Assembly (NCBI GenBank): GCA_034926675.1
Contig: JAYFQW010000024.1
Location: 5,841 to 69,840 of the forward strand
Direction: 5' to 3'
Length of the DNA stretch: 64,000 bases
Source: Clostridia bacterium
GTDB lineage: Bacteria > Bacillota > DTU025
Shown: positions 24,617-34,323 of the stretch, one piece after another
Layout: every line of letters starts with the position of its first letter
How positions within the stretch are numbered: position 1 is the stretch's first letter
The notes under the pieces: model-generated
What the model was told of the DNA's origin: nothing
Database searches by the model: none
Seen by the model: the letters and a program-made list of their open reading frames with translations, nothing else
Position numbers and translations under genes: made by a program

Positions 24617-27283
24617 TTAGCCAAGGCTGGAAGCGTGATGCGCGAGAACGGCCTCGATCCCCGCAGCCAAAGCCTCTTTAATCCTCGATGCGTCGCGTCC
24701 GCCGGCCTGCGCCATGTCTGGGCGTCCTCCGCCGCCTCCGCCTGCGGCCCTGGCGGCCTCCCGGACAATGGCCCCAGCATTGAACCCACGCGCCACCAGG
24801 TCGCGACTGACGGTTGCCACGAAGCTCACCTTGTCGCCGCTGGCAGCACCTAACAGGACGACGCCTGAGCCAAGCTTCTCCCTCACCTTGTCGGACATGC
24901 CCCGCAAGGCCTCTGCGTCCATCTCGTCGACTGCAGAAGCCACCACAGGGATGTCGCCGATCATCACCCTGCCCGCCACGATTGAGTCCACTCCGCCCGC
25001 TGCAAGCTTGCTGCGGAGCCGCGAAATCTCCCGATCCTGCTCGTGCAGGTCCCGCAGAAGCTTATCGATTCTGCCAACCATGGCATCCTCAGGGACCTTC
25101 AGCAGATCTGCTATTTCCTTTACAACCGTGCGGGAGCTGTTCAGATAGGCCAAGGCGCCGAAACCGGTCACAGCCTCGATGCGCCTCACGCCAGCCGCGA
25201 CGCCTCCCTCCGAAACCACCTTCACAAGGCCAATATCGCCAGTGCGAGACACGTGCGTGCCTCCGCACAGCTCGAGGCTGACATCGCCAACCATCACCAT
25301 CCGCACAGTGTCCCCGTATTTCTCATCGAATAGCGCCATTGCTCCGAGCCTGCGCGCCTCGTCAATAGAGGTGAGCGTGGTGGAGACTTGCATGTTCGCC
25401 AGGGTCCAACCGTTCACCAGACGCTCGACCTCTGCCAACTGCTCCGGCCCTACGGGCTCGAAGTGGGAGAAGTCGAACCTCAGCCTCTCGTTGTCGACGT
25501 ACGATCCAGCCTGCTGCACATGGGCGCCAAGCACTCTCCGCAAGGCCGCATGAAGCAGATGGGTTGCCGTGTGGTTTCTGCATATCGCAGCCCGGCGCTC
25601 CTCGTCGACCCGCGCTTCCACCACATCTCCGACTGCGATGCGCCCGTGAGCAACTGCTATGGCATGAACGGCAGCATCGCCGATGGGTTTCGCGACAGAT
25701 CCTACGATGGCCCTGGCGCCGCTTGTAGAGACGATTTCCCCTGTATCGGCCACCTGCCCACCTGAGGCTGCGTAGAATGGAGTGCGATCGAGGACGGCCT
25801 CGCCTGCCTGGCCTTCCGCGAGCTCTCGAACAGCGGCGCCGTCCGGCCCGATGAGAGCGGTGACAGCGGCGCGCTCAGAGAGGTGTTCGTATCCGACGAA
25901 CTCAGAGCCAAGATCACCCAGAGCAGCTTTGTACTTCGCGGATTTCTCGTCGATATAGGCGTTCTCGCCGTGCGCGGCCCTCGCCCGCTCTCTCTGGGCT
26001 GCCATGGACTCGTCGAAGCCCTGCCTGTCCACGCTGAGCCCGCGCTCGCGCGAGATATCCTCTGTGAGCTCAAATGGAAAGCCGAAGGTATCATACAGTC
26101 TGAACGCGTCAGACCCCGACACGCAGGTTCCGCCATCTGCGCTAAGTTTCGCAATGATCGAATCAAGAACGCCAGATCCCTGTTCCAGGGCGACTGCGAA
26201 CCTCTCCTCCTCGAGCTCGATGGTTTTGAGAATACGCTCTCGCTCCCGGTCGAGTTCGGGATAGGCCGAGTGCATAACCTCTATGACCCTGGCGGCTGCC
26301 TGCGAAAGGAAGAGGCCCTGAATGCCTATGAGCTTCCCGAATCGCGCAGCTCGCCGCAGCAGCCTGCGAAGGACGTAGCCGCGGCCCTCGTTCGTGGGGA
26401 GCACACCATCGCATATCATGAATGTTGCTGCCCGCGAATGATCAGTGATCACCCTCACGGCCATATCAGCTGGCCCACTGGCTCCGTATTTCACCTTCGC
26501 CACGTTGGCGATGTAGTCGCGAATTGCGCGAGTCTCATCGGCATCGAATATCGTGGGCACGTCCTGCAGTATCGCAGCCACACGCTCCAGGCCCATTCCA
26601 GTATCGATTCCGGGCCTGTCAAGAGGATTGTAGTTGCCCTGCTCATCCCTGTGGAACTGAATGAACACCAGATTCCAGATCTCCATGAACCGCCCACAGT
26701 CACAGTCAAGCCCGCAGTCGGGCGATCCGCACCCCACATGCGCTCCGCGGTCCACATGAATCTCGGAACACGGACCGCACGGCCCAACGCCTATCTCCCA
26801 GAAATTGTCCGCCTTGCCTTTGCGGACTATTCGATCAGCCGGTATCCCGATCACATCATGCCATATATCGAAAGCCTCGTCATCGTCGAGGTAGATGGTG
26901 ATCCATAGGTCTTGTGCAGCGAAGCCCAGCACCTTGGTGACGAACTCCCAGGCCCAGGCGATGGCTTCAGACTTGAAGTAGTCGCCAAATGAGAAATTGC
27001 CCAGCATCTCGAAGAAGGTGCCATGGCGGGTAGTCCTGCCGACGTTATCGAGGTCGCCAGTGCGCACGCACTTCTGGCACGTGGTGACCCGGAGCTGTTC
27101 AGGCTTAGCGGTGCCAAGGAAGTATGGCTTGAATGGAACCATCCCTGCGGCGGTGAGCAGAAGAGTTGGGTCGCCCGACGGAATCAGCGACGCACTCGGC
27201 AGTATCTTGTGCCCTTTGGATTCAAAGAATTTGAGGTATGCTTGCCTCAGTTCATCAGTCTTCAAAGCCATTACACCCCACAT
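24617..27283 (-). CDS. alaS: Alanine--tRNA ligase
   Basis: 888 aa with a class II core, editing domain ([16 protein letters not shown]) and C-terminal DHHA1. The start is probably the internal Met ([10 protein letters not shown]). Confidence 0.95.
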   Translation of the reverse strand: MWGVMALKTDELRQAYLKFFESKGHKILPSASLIPSGDPTLLLTAAGMVPFKPYFLGTAKPEQLRVTTCQKCVRTGDLDNVGRTTRHGTFFEMLGNFSFGDYFKSEAIAWAWEFVTKVLGFAAQDLWITIYLDDDEAFDIWHDVIGIPADRIVRKGKADNFWEIGVGPCGPCSEIHVDRGAHVGCGSPDCGLDCDCGRFMEIWNLVFIQFHRDEQGNYNPLDRPGIDTGMGLERVAAILQDVPTIFDADETRAIRDYIANVAKVKYGASGPADMAVRVITDHSRAATFMICDGVLPTNEGRGYVLRRLLRRAARFGKLIGIQGLFLSQAAARVIEVMHSAYPELDRERERILKTIELEEERFAVALEQGSGVLDSIIAKLSADGGTCVSGSDAFRLYDTFGFPFELTEDISRERGLSVDRQGFDESMAAQRERARAAHGENAYIDEKSAKYKAALGDLGSEFVGYEHLSERAAVTALIGPDGAAVRELAEGQAGEAVLDRTPFYAASGGQVADTGEIVSTSGARAIVGSVAKPIGDAAVHAIAVAHGRIAVGDVVEARVDEERRAAICRNHTATHLLHAALRRVLGAHVQQAGSYVDNERLRFDFSHFEPVGPEQLAEVERLVNGWTLANMQVSTTLTSIDEARRLGAMALFDEKYGDTVRMVMVGDVSLELCGGTHVSRTGDIGLVKVVSEGGVAAGVRRIEAVTGFGALAYLNSSRTVVKEIADLLKVPEDAMVGRIDKLLRDLHEQDREISRLRSKLAAGGVDSIVAGRVMIGDIPVVASAVDEMDAEALRGMSDKVREKLGSGVVLLGAASGDKVSFVATVSRDLVARGFNAGAIVREAARAAGGGGGGRPDMAQAGGRDASRIKEALAAGIEAVLAHHASSLG

Positions 27284-27424
27284 TGTGCAGCCTATGCCGG
27301 AACGCAGGTTCTGACGGTTCCAGATTCTCAGAGTACCTTATCACAACAGCATGGGACATACAATACAACTCCGGTTGCCGGGTTTCCGGTTGCCACTCCG
27401 GATCGACCCCTCAGGCGCAGTGGC

Positions 27425-28561
27425 TCACTCATCCACTGGGAAGCCTGGGAAGAGGCGGCTCGCCATAATCGCAATGACGGCAGTCACCGGAACCGCCAGC
27501 AGAATCCCCACTACTCCGAACAAACTCCCGCCAACTAGCAACGCCCCGATAACCACGAGCGGATGCAGGCCCACACACTCGCCTACGATTCTTGGGGAGA
27601 TGATCACCGATTCCACCTGTTGAATGCCGACGAACGCCACCGCTGCAAGGACCGCGGTCACTGTGGACCTCTGCGCAGCCATGAGCACCGCCGGAACCAT
27701 GCCGAACACTGGGCCAAAGTACGGGATTATCTCGAGCACCCCCGCAAGGAACCCGATCGGCAGTGCGAATTCCACCTTGAGCAGCGCAAGGGATACGCCA
27801 GTGGCCACGCCCACAAAGGTGCACACTATCACCTGTCCTCGGACCCATCCTGCGAGGGCCTGATCGATATCGGAGACCATTCTCATCACACTGTCGCGCG
27901 ATCGGGAGGGAATCCACGAAGAGAATCTGCGGCTGATGATGTCGACATCGCGGGTGAGATAGAAGGCGATCACAGGAGCAAGCATTATGCTGGCAAGCTG
28001 CGACATCACCGACGATACCGCTTTCCCCGCAGCACGTGCGATTTCGCGTACGTACGCCTCCGCTCGAGCCACTGCTGCAGATGCAAGGCCCGCTGCTGCG
28101 CCTTTGGGGAGGAAATGAACTCGTTTGCTCCAGTCTTCGGCAATTCCATTCAGCGCAGTCCCGGCGCCGGCTTTGCCACTCACGATCTCGTTGAGCTGGT
28201 TCGCAAGAGGAGGAATCACAAATGCCAGAGAGAATCCTATCGTCGCAGTTACAATCACGTAAGCAGTGAATATCGCGGCAGCCCTGTTCGCCCCGCGCGC
28301 CTCGGCGAACCTCACCAGCGGCGAGATGGTGTAGGATATGGCAATTGCGACTAGGAACGGTGTGAACGCCTGCCTCGCCTGGATTGCCACAACGAAGGCA
28401 GCCAGCATCCCCAGGGCAATGGCCGCCTTTCGCAGGTTCCCCCCACGCCTTTGCTCCGTTGTGCATTCCTCCTCCGCAGCCAGTCGAGTCGGTTCGGACC
28501 GCCGCTTGACCAGGACAGGTTGGGCGATGCCGTGGCAATGCAAATGGACCGGCCTCGGCAA
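27425..28561 (-). CDS. AI-2E family transporter (PerM/YhhT-like permease)
   Basis: 378 aa with 8 TM segments in an AI-2E/UPF0118 layout. A different-frame ORF (27429..28538) in the track is rejected as an artefact. Confidence 0.8.
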   Translation of the reverse strand: MPRPVHLHCHGIAQPVLVKRRSEPTRLAAEEECTTEQRRGGNLRKAAIALGMLAAFVVAIQARQAFTPFLVAIAISYTISPLVRFAEARGANRAAAIFTAYVIVTATIGFSLAFVIPPLANQLNEIVSGKAGAGTALNGIAEDWSKRVHFLPKGAAAGLASAAVARAEAYVREIARAAGKAVSSVMSQLASIMLAPVIAFYLTRDVDIISRRFSSWIPSRSRDSVMRMVSDIDQALAGWVRGQVIVCTFVGVATGVSLALLKVEFALPIGFLAGVLEIIPYFGPVFGMVPAVLMAAQRSTVTAVLAAVAFVGIQQVESVIISPRIVGECVGLHPLVVIGALLVGGSLFGVVGILLAVPVTAVIAIMASRLFPGFPVDE

Positions 28562-28597
28562 CCCGTTCCCGAGACCGGTCCTACAGATATCCTCACG

Positions 28598-28843
28598 TCA
28601 GTCCTCGGTGTCTTCCCCCATCCCGAACCGCCGCCCGATAGACTGCATGGCCTCCACCACAGGCTTCCGGACTGTGCCCGACTGCCGTGACACCGTTCGA
28701 GTGGACTTCCGCTTCATGCCTGTCGGTGATTCCCGGGTGACCTCTTCTGTGAGTACCTCTCTCCGGCGGCCCGAAGAGTTCATCAACATGAACATTCCCA
28801 GCCCCGCCCCGAGAAGGCCCCCAGTGAGGAGAACCCTCCACAT
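28598..28843 (-). CDS. Hypothetical small membrane-anchored protein (81 aa)
   Basis: The only ORF in the 348-bp gap between nifU and the AI-2E gene. It has an N-terminal hydrophobic helix and then a basic/acidic tail. The SD is weak (AGGAGA abuts the ATG), so it may not be a real gene. Confidence 0.3.
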   Translation of the reverse strand: MWRVLLTGGLLGAGLGMFMLMNSSGRRREVLTEEVTRESPTGMKRKSTRTVSRQSGTVRKPVVEAMQSIGRRFGMGEDTED

Positions 28844-28909
28844 TCTCCTGATGACCGATCCCTCCCTTCCACACAGGGTAGTATTCCCACGGTCCGGTCG
28901 GGATACACC

Positions 28910-29359
28910 CTACTCCTCTTGGTCGCCGTGGTGGCTGTGGTCCTCTACCTCTATTGAGGAGGGGTCGATGCCTACATCCACTCCTGGATGCTTCTCAAGA
29001 TAGTCCTTTATGGCAAGGTGAAGAGCGTCTGCCGCAAGGTTGGAGCAGTGCATCTTCACCGGAGGAAGCCCGCCCAAGGCCTCTGCGACTGCCTTGTTCG
29101 ATATCTCCAGAGCATCGCGAACGCTCTTGCCCATCACCATCTCTGTGACCATGCTTGATGTGGCTATTGCCGCACCGCACCCGAATGTCTTGAACTTGAT
29201 ATCCGTTATCACGCCGTCTTCAATCTTGACCGCCATGCGCATAATGTCCCCGCACACAGGGTTCCCAACCTGCCCCACACCGTCTGCATCAGGTATGTCG
29301 CCCACATTGCGGGGATTGCTGAAGTGGTCCATTACCTTCTCATTGTACAATTCCAACAC
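28910..29359 (-). CDS. nifU: Fe-S cluster assembly scaffold protein NifU/IscU
   Basis: 149 aa with conserved Cys motifs GNPVCGD, FKTFGCGAAIA and HCS. Confidence 0.9.
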   Translation of the reverse strand: MLELYNEKVMDHFSNPRNVGDIPDADGVGQVGNPVCGDIMRMAVKIEDGVITDIKFKTFGCGAAIATSSMVTEMVMGKSVRDALEISNKAVAEALGGLPPVKMHCSNLAADALHLAIKDYLEKHPGVDVGIDPSSIEVEDHSHHGDQEE

Positions 29360-29426
29360 CTCCGTTCGACCATGGATGCCCGCAGTCCGCTGCCGTTTCC
29401 TGCATTGCAGTTGCGCGGTTGTCTCT

Positions 29427-30671
29427 CTAGTTCCTCGGCGCGACGCAGCAATCGTGGGCGTTCACGCACACATCCTTGATGCCGCAGGCAGTTTTCTGGT
29501 ATACAGGCGACATGGCCCGCATCTTGTCGACTATGCCGGGCATGACCTCTAGCACGCGGTTGATGTCCTCATCAGTGGTGTACATTCCCAAAGTCATCCT
29601 GACTGAGCCATGAGCCACCTCATGCGGAAGCCCCATCGCCATCAGCACGTGGGACGGCTCAAGTGAGCCTGAGGTGCAAGCTGACCCGCTTGAGGCGGCT
29701 ATGCCTTTCATGTCGAGGTTCAGGAGAAGCGACTCGCCCTCAACATAGAGGTAGCTTATGTTCACATTATTGGGCAGCCTCATCGTGGGATGACCGTTGA
29801 GTTTCGTATCGGGAATCAGGTGCTCAAGCCCTGTAATCAGCCTGTCGCGCAGGGCGATCTCGTGAGTGAAAGACTCCGCCATCTCCGCCACGGCGAGTTG
29901 AATGGCGACGCCCATGCCCACCATTGACGCCACATTCTCAGTGCCGGCGCGGCGCTTTCTCTCCTGCGGTCCGCCGTTGATGAGGGGAACCGGCCTGATA
30001 CCCCGCCGCACATACAGGGCGCCCACACCCTTCGGGGCGTAGAACTTGTGCCCCGACATGGAGAGCATATCCACTCCCAGCGCCTTCACATCGATGGGAA
30101 CATGCCCGACGGATTGCACTGCATCGGTATGGAAGAGGACCCCCGCCGAGTGGGCTATCCTCCCTATCTCTTCGATAGGCTGAATCGTGCCAACCTCGTT
30201 GTTTGAGTGCATGATGCTGATGAGAAAAGTCTCCGGAGTGATCGCCCTCTGGACATCGTCTGGGTGCACCATGCCGTATTGGTCCACAGGGACCACGGTC
30301 ACGTCAAACCCGAGCCTCTTCAGGCTCTCCGCAGTCTCTAACACAGCGTGGTGCTCCACGGCCGAGGTTATTACGTGCTTCTTCTTGCCGTAGACTGCGA
30401 GGGCAGTCCCCTTTATGGCAAGGTTATCGGCCTCAGATCCTCCGCTAGTGAAGATGATCTCCTCTGGAGATGCGCCGATGGCCCCAGCGACCCTCTCCCG
30501 CGCCTCGTCCATGCCACGCTTGGTCTCTCTTCCGAATGAGTGTATGCTCGATGGATTTCCAAACTTCTCAGCTAGATACGGGATCATGGAGTCGAGAACT
30601 TCACGCCTGACCGGCGTGGTGGCAGCGTTATCCAAATATATCCTATCCATGCAACACCCTCCCGATAGCAA
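29427..30671 (-). CDS. nifS: Cysteine desulfurase NifS/IscS
   Basis: 414 aa class V aminotransferase with SGHKFYAPKG (PLP Lys) and an SGSACTSG active-site loop. The start is probably MDRIYLDNAATTP at 30650. Confidence 0.9.
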   Translation of the reverse strand: MLSGGCCMDRIYLDNAATTPVRREVLDSMIPYLAEKFGNPSSIHSFGRETKRGMDEARERVAGAIGASPEEIIFTSGGSEADNLAIKGTALAVYGKKKHVITSAVEHHAVLETAESLKRLGFDVTVVPVDQYGMVHPDDVQRAITPETFLISIMHSNNEVGTIQPIEEIGRIAHSAGVLFHTDAVQSVGHVPIDVKALGVDMLSMSGHKFYAPKGVGALYVRRGIRPVPLINGGPQERKRRAGTENVASMVGMGVAIQLAVAEMAESFTHEIALRDRLITGLEHLIPDTKLNGHPTMRLPNNVNISYLYVEGESLLLNLDMKGIAASSGSACTSGSLEPSHVLMAMGLPHEVAHGSVRMTLGMYTTDEDINRVLEVMPGIVDKMRAMSPVYQKTACGIKDVCVNAHDCCVAPRN

Positions 30672-30686
30672 CAGCTCAGCCAGACC

Positions 30687-31133
30687 TCAGTCGACGCTCT
30701 CAGCATCGCCGTTCCCTTGCGGCGCAGCTATCATATCTTCGAGCGTAGTCGAGTCTAGTATCGACGTAATCCCATCGCGTAACCTAGCCCAAACCGGATG
30801 GGCTGCACAATCGCCAACCCGGCTGCATCCTCCTCCGTCACCGCCGTCTTCTGAAGCGCACGAACACAGTGCTATTGGCCCTTCAAGGGCGCGCACTACA
30901 TCGCCAACAGTGATGCTCCTCGGTTCCCGTGCGAGAGCGTATCCGCCTGCAGCTCCCCTCTGCCCCAAGAGCAGCCCCGCCTTTCGAAGCACTCCGAGCA
31001 GCTGCTCAAGGTAACTTTCGGGGATTCCCTGCCTGGCTGCAACCTCCCGGAGAGATACCGGACCGCGCCCGAACAGCGTGGCCAGCTCCGCCATTGCGCG
31101 TACCCCATACTCGGTGCGCGAGCTTAATTTCAC
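30687..31133 (-). CDS. Rrf2-family transcriptional regulator (CymR/IscR-like) heading the nifS-nifU operon
   Basis: A GTG at 31133-31131 is preceded by GGAGGTGA, giving (M)KLSSRTEYGVRAMAELA...GGYALAREP...LEGPIALCSC..DSTTLEDM, which aligns with B. subtilis CymR. The track ORF extends to 31313, but that extension is rejected. Confidence 0.8.
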   Translation of the reverse strand: MKLSSRTEYGVRAMAELATLFGRGPVSLREVAARQGIPESYLEQLLGVLRKAGLLLGQRGAAGGYALAREPRSITVGDVVRALEGPIALCSCASEDGGDGGGCSRVGDCAAHPVWARLRDGITSILDSTTLEDMIAAPQGNGDAESVD

Positions 31134-31206
31134 CCAATCACCTCCGAGTGCCATACCAAAGGCAGCCTCGGCAATCCCGACCGATTCAGTCGGATTTGTC
31201 AATTTC

Positions 31207-31235
31207 AATATACGACGGCATCCGCTGGGTGTCAA
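31207..31235 (-). promoter_or_regulatory. SigmaA-type promoter for the Rrf2 regulator-nifS-nifU operon
   Basis: On the minus strand: TTGACA (plus 31230-31235), a 17-nt spacer, then TATATT (plus 31207-31212), about 70 nt upstream of the GTG start. It lies in the divergent intergenic region shared with iorA. Confidence 0.5.
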
Positions 31236-31312
31236 CAGATGATCGCATGAAGGAGTCGTGGAGTTGTGTGTGGAAATCATGGTTCTGTGGCAATGCGCAG
31301 GAGGGATGAGCA

Positions 31313-33253
31313 TTGAAAACGCTGATGACTGGAAATGAGGCTATGGCGCGGGGCGCATGGGAGGCTGGCGTGAGGTTCGCCTCGGCCTACCCGGGAACAC
31401 CTAGCACCGAGATTGTGGAGAGTGTGGCGCGGTACAGGGAGATCCGATCTCAGTGGGCAGTGAACGAGAAGACCGCCCTCGAAGCTGCACTGGGGGCATG
31501 TATTGCTGGTGTGCGGTCCATGTGCGCGATGAAGCATGTGGGGCTCAATGTGGCCGCTGATCCCCTGTTCTCCTCGGCCCATGTGGGAGTGAATGCTGGA
31601 TTCGTGATAGTCACTGCCGACGACCCTGGCTGTCATAGCTCCCAGAACGAGCAGGACAACAGGCACTACGCCAAGTTCGCCAAGCTCCCTATCGTGGAGC
31701 CTTCCGATTCCCAGGAGGCTCTCAACTACATGAAGGCTGCCTTTGATATCAGCGAGGCCTTCGACACGCCAGTCCTGTTCCGATCCACCACAAATCTTTC
31801 CCACGGGAAGACTCCCGTGATTGTCGGCGAGCGAGTCGAGGCGCCTCCCCGTGCGTACGAGAGGACGCAATCCAAATACGTCCTCATGCCGGCTGCTGCC
31901 CGAGCTCGCCATGCAGTGCTCGAGGAACGCCTCCTGAAGCTTGCGACATACGCCGAGATCTCGCCATTGAACAGGATTGAGTGGGGTTCCCGCTCGATCG
32001 GGATCATAACGAGTGGTGTGGCGTACCAGTTCGCCCTCGAGTCGTTGGGGCAGAAGGCCTCCTACCTCAAACTTGGAATGAGTTTCCCGTTCCCTAAGAA
32101 TCTTGTGAGGCGGTTCTCAACCGAAGTGGAACGGCTTGTTGTGATTGAGGAGCTCGATCCGTTCATCGAGGAGGCCGTCCGCGCACTCGGCATTTCCGTT
32201 GAGGGCAAGTCGCTGATCCCACTCACCGGCGAGTTGGACACTGGAATCGTGGCTCGGGCGTTCGGATTGTCCCTGGCGAGCCTCGGCGCAGGAGTCGGCG
32301 CCAAGGCACAGGCAGAGACGGCGCAGGCCGAGGCGCAGGCGCAGGCGGAGGCGCAGGCCGAGACGCAGGCGCAGGCGGAGGCGCAGGCCGAGACGCAGGC
32401 CGAGACGCAGGCGCAGGCGCAGGGGGGAACCCGCGACAAGGCTGACGCGGCGGAGGCGCCCTTGCCCGCCCCGCCGGAGCAGGTCCCTGGCAGGCCTCCG
32501 ATGTTCTGCGCAGGCTGCCCCCACAGGGGAGTATTCTACGAACTCGCCAAACTGCCTGTGGCGGTATCCGGCGACATAGGCTGCTACACTCTTGGCTCTC
32601 TCCAGCCCTTCGGCGCCATGGATACCTGCATCTGCATGGGCGCCGGCATCTCCACAGGGATGGGGTTCCAGGCGGCCCTGGAAATGCTTAGGGTTGAGAA
32701 GCCCAAACGAACCGTGGGCGTGATCGGCGATTCCACCTTCTTCCACTCTGGTATGACCGGGCTGCTCGACGCGGCCTATAATGGATCAGGGCTCATAACG
32801 TTCATTCTTGATAACCGCATCACTGCCATGACTGGCCATCAGGAGAACCCGGGCAGCGGGTTCAATCTCTCAGGCGATGCTGCCAATGAGGTGAGTATCG
32901 AAGGCATCGTGAAAGCCTTCGGGATCAAGAACGTCGCGACCGTCGATCCGTTCAACCTAGAGAAGGTGCGCGAAGCCTTGGTCGCAGCTCTTGCCGACCC
33001 AGGTCCATCTGTGATCGTGGGCCGCGCCCCCTGCGCCCTCCTCAAGCGATCAGCTGTGAGAAAACCCGCCTACTATGTGGATCAGGAGACCTGCCGCAAG
33101 TGCAAGCTGTGCCTGCGTGTAGCGTGCCCGGCTCTCTATGTGGAGAACGACATGGTGCAGATCGATGCAGACGCATGCGTCGGATGCGGCGTATGCAGCC
33201 AGGCGTGCCGCTGGGGAACGATCAAGATCCTTTCGAAGGCTGGTGACAAGTAA
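31313..33253 (+). CDS. iorA: Indolepyruvate:ferredoxin oxidoreductase subunit alpha, carrying an internal low-complexity (AQAE/AQAET)n insertion
   Basis: 646 aa with TPP-binding and PFOR domains and a C-terminal 2x4Fe-4S region (CRKCKLC...CVGCGVC). The TTG start at 31313 is preceded by GGAGGG. Residues about 325-385 are an AQAE-repeat linker. Confidence 0.85.
   Translation: MKTLMTGNEAMARGAWEAGVRFASAYPGTPSTEIVESVARYREIRSQWAVNEKTALEAALGACIAGVRSMCAMKHVGLNVAADPLFSSAHVGVNAGFVIVTADDPGCHSSQNEQDNRHYAKFAKLPIVEPSDSQEALNYMKAAFDISEAFDTPVLFRSTTNLSHGKTPVIVGERVEAPPRAYERTQSKYVLMPAAARARHAVLEERLLKLATYAEISPLNRIEWGSRSIGIITSGVAYQFALESLGQKASYLKLGMSFPFPKNLVRRFSTEVERLVVIEELDPFIEEAVRALGISVEGKSLIPLTGELDTGIVARAFGLSLASLGAGVGAKAQAETAQAEAQAQAEAQAETQAQAEAQAETQAETQAQAQGGTRDKADAAEAPLPAPPEQVPGRPPMFCAGCPHRGVFYELAKLPVAVSGDIGCYTLGSLQPFGAMDTCICMGAGISTGMGFQAALEMLRVEKPKRTVGVIGDSTFFHSGMTGLLDAAYNGSGLITFILDNRITAMTGHQENPGSGFNLSGDAANEVSIEGIVKAFGIKNVATVDPFNLEKVREALVAALADPGPSVIVGRAPCALLKRSAVRKPAYYVDQETCRKCKLCLRVACPALYVENDMVQIDADACVGCGVCSQACRWGTIKILSKAGDK
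32305..32425 (+). repeat. In-frame tandem repeat (about 30-nt unit GAGGCGCAGGCCGAGACGCAGGCGCAGGCG, about 4 copies) inside iorA
   Basis: Direct repeats are visible in the sequence. They encode (AQAEAQAQAE / AQAETQAQAE)n between the catalytic and ferredoxin domains. Confidence 0.8.
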
Positions 33254-33831
33254 TGCAGGAGACTACTAGTGTTCTTCTGGCTGGAGTCGGCGGGCAGGGC
33301 ATAATACTCGCAGGCCGAGTCTTCTCCCAGCTTCTGCTGAATTCGGATTGTGATGTGAAGATGTCGGAAATCCATGGCATGGCCCAGCGTGGCGGGAGTG
33401 TCACGACACACGTCCGCTACGGCGAACGCGTGTCCGCTCCCACGATTTCCCCGGGCCAGGCCGATGTGATCCTCGCCTTCGAAGCGATGGAAGCGGCCAG
33501 GATGGCCCACTGGCTCAGGCCCGGAGGTGTGATGGTCGCCAACACCAGGCGCATCCCTTCCCTACCCATCCTGATCGCGAAGGAAACCTACCCTGAGGAT
33601 CTTCCTGCACGCCTTTCGGCGCGTGGCATTTCGGCTCACTGGCTCGACGCCTATACTACCGCAGTCGGGCTCGGGAACAGTAAGGCGGAGAACGTTGTGC
33701 TGCTAGGGGCGTTTTCGACAGTGCTGCCCTTTGCCGAAAGCGCGTGGCGGCAGGCAATTGCACAGGTCGTGCCCGCGAAAGCCGTGGAACTCAATCTTGT
33801 CGCGTTTGCCGCCGGGAGGGAACTCGCGTGA
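33253..33831 (+). CDS. iorB: Indolepyruvate:ferredoxin oxidoreductase subunit beta
   Basis: 192 aa with a PFOR gamma-type domain (LLAGVGGQGIILAG). The ATG overlaps the iorA stop (TAATG). Confidence 0.85.
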   Translation: MQETTSVLLAGVGGQGIILAGRVFSQLLLNSDCDVKMSEIHGMAQRGGSVTTHVRYGERVSAPTISPGQADVILAFEAMEAARMAHWLRPGGVMVANTRRIPSLPILIAKETYPEDLPARLSARGISAHWLDAYTTAVGLGNSKAENVVLLGAFSTVLPFAESAWRQAIAQVVPAKAVELNLVAFAAGRELA

Positions 33832-34148
33832 AAGCCAACGCTCCGTTGATGGCATCGGCCCTGCTGGCCGCGGTTGGGGTGCTCTCAGTCCTCTTCGGAC
33901 ACTTGATCGGGGATAAGCACAGGTTTGAACTCATCAACGGGCACAAGGACGAAAAGGCGAAGGACGCCGACCGGTTTGCTCGGTGGATGCAGGGCTGCTT
34001 CTACACCATGGGCGGCATTCTCACCGCTGGAGCAGCTCTGATCTGGATCACGAAGGCGTTTGCCGCGATACTCTTTTGCACGGTGCTGGCCACCACGGTG
34101 GTCCTCGGCGTGATGACCGCCGGCGCGGGCAGATACTATAGGATCTAG
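33828..34148 (+). CDS. Hypothetical small membrane protein (about 106 aa, 3 TM helices)
   Basis: The GTG at 33828 overlaps the iorB TGA (GTGA). An alternative start is the ATG giving MASALLAAVGVLSVLFG. The protein has two or three hydrophobic helices and a central KDEKAKDADRFARW loop. Confidence 0.45.
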   Translation: MKANAPLMASALLAAVGVLSVLFGHLIGDKHRFELINGHKDEKAKDADRFARWMQGCFYTMGGILTAGAALIWITKAFAAILFCTVLATTVVLGVMTAGAGRYYRI

Positions 34149-34323
34149 CGCACGCACAGGGGATCCATCTGCCACTGGGTCCGGCCCGATCGCGCCAGCT
34201 TGTCTTCCTCAGCGACTTGCGCGAAGCGACACGGCGCAAGTTCCCCGCAGGCGCCCAGCGCTGTATTACCGAGATCTTCGGTACGCGCCCTCGGCCAGCG
34301 CACCTGATTTTTCAGAGACCCAG

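Noticed and set aside
27284-27424. Possible T-box riboswitch upstream of alaS, and likewise upstream of hisS (37538..37612)
   Set aside because: The leaders are too short (141 bp or less). No specifier-loop or T-box-consensus (AGGGTGGNACCGCG) was found. Only short direct repeats (CCGGTTGCC x2) are present.
27429-28538. 369-aa minus-strand ORF in an alternative frame fully inside the AI-2E transporter gene
   Set aside because: The frame encoding the multi-TM AI-2E protein is clearly the real one. The alternate frame is Arg/Gly/Cys-rich and is a GC-driven artefact.
30687-31313. Full 208-aa Rrf2-family ORF, and the extended ORFs for ruvX (to 20858), sigK (to 16131), HD hydrolase (to 48424) and DUF881 copy 2 (to 56510)
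   Set aside because: The N-terminal extensions lack conservation and overlap upstream genes. Internal TTG/GTG/ATG starts with strong SD motifs match the conserved protein N-termini.
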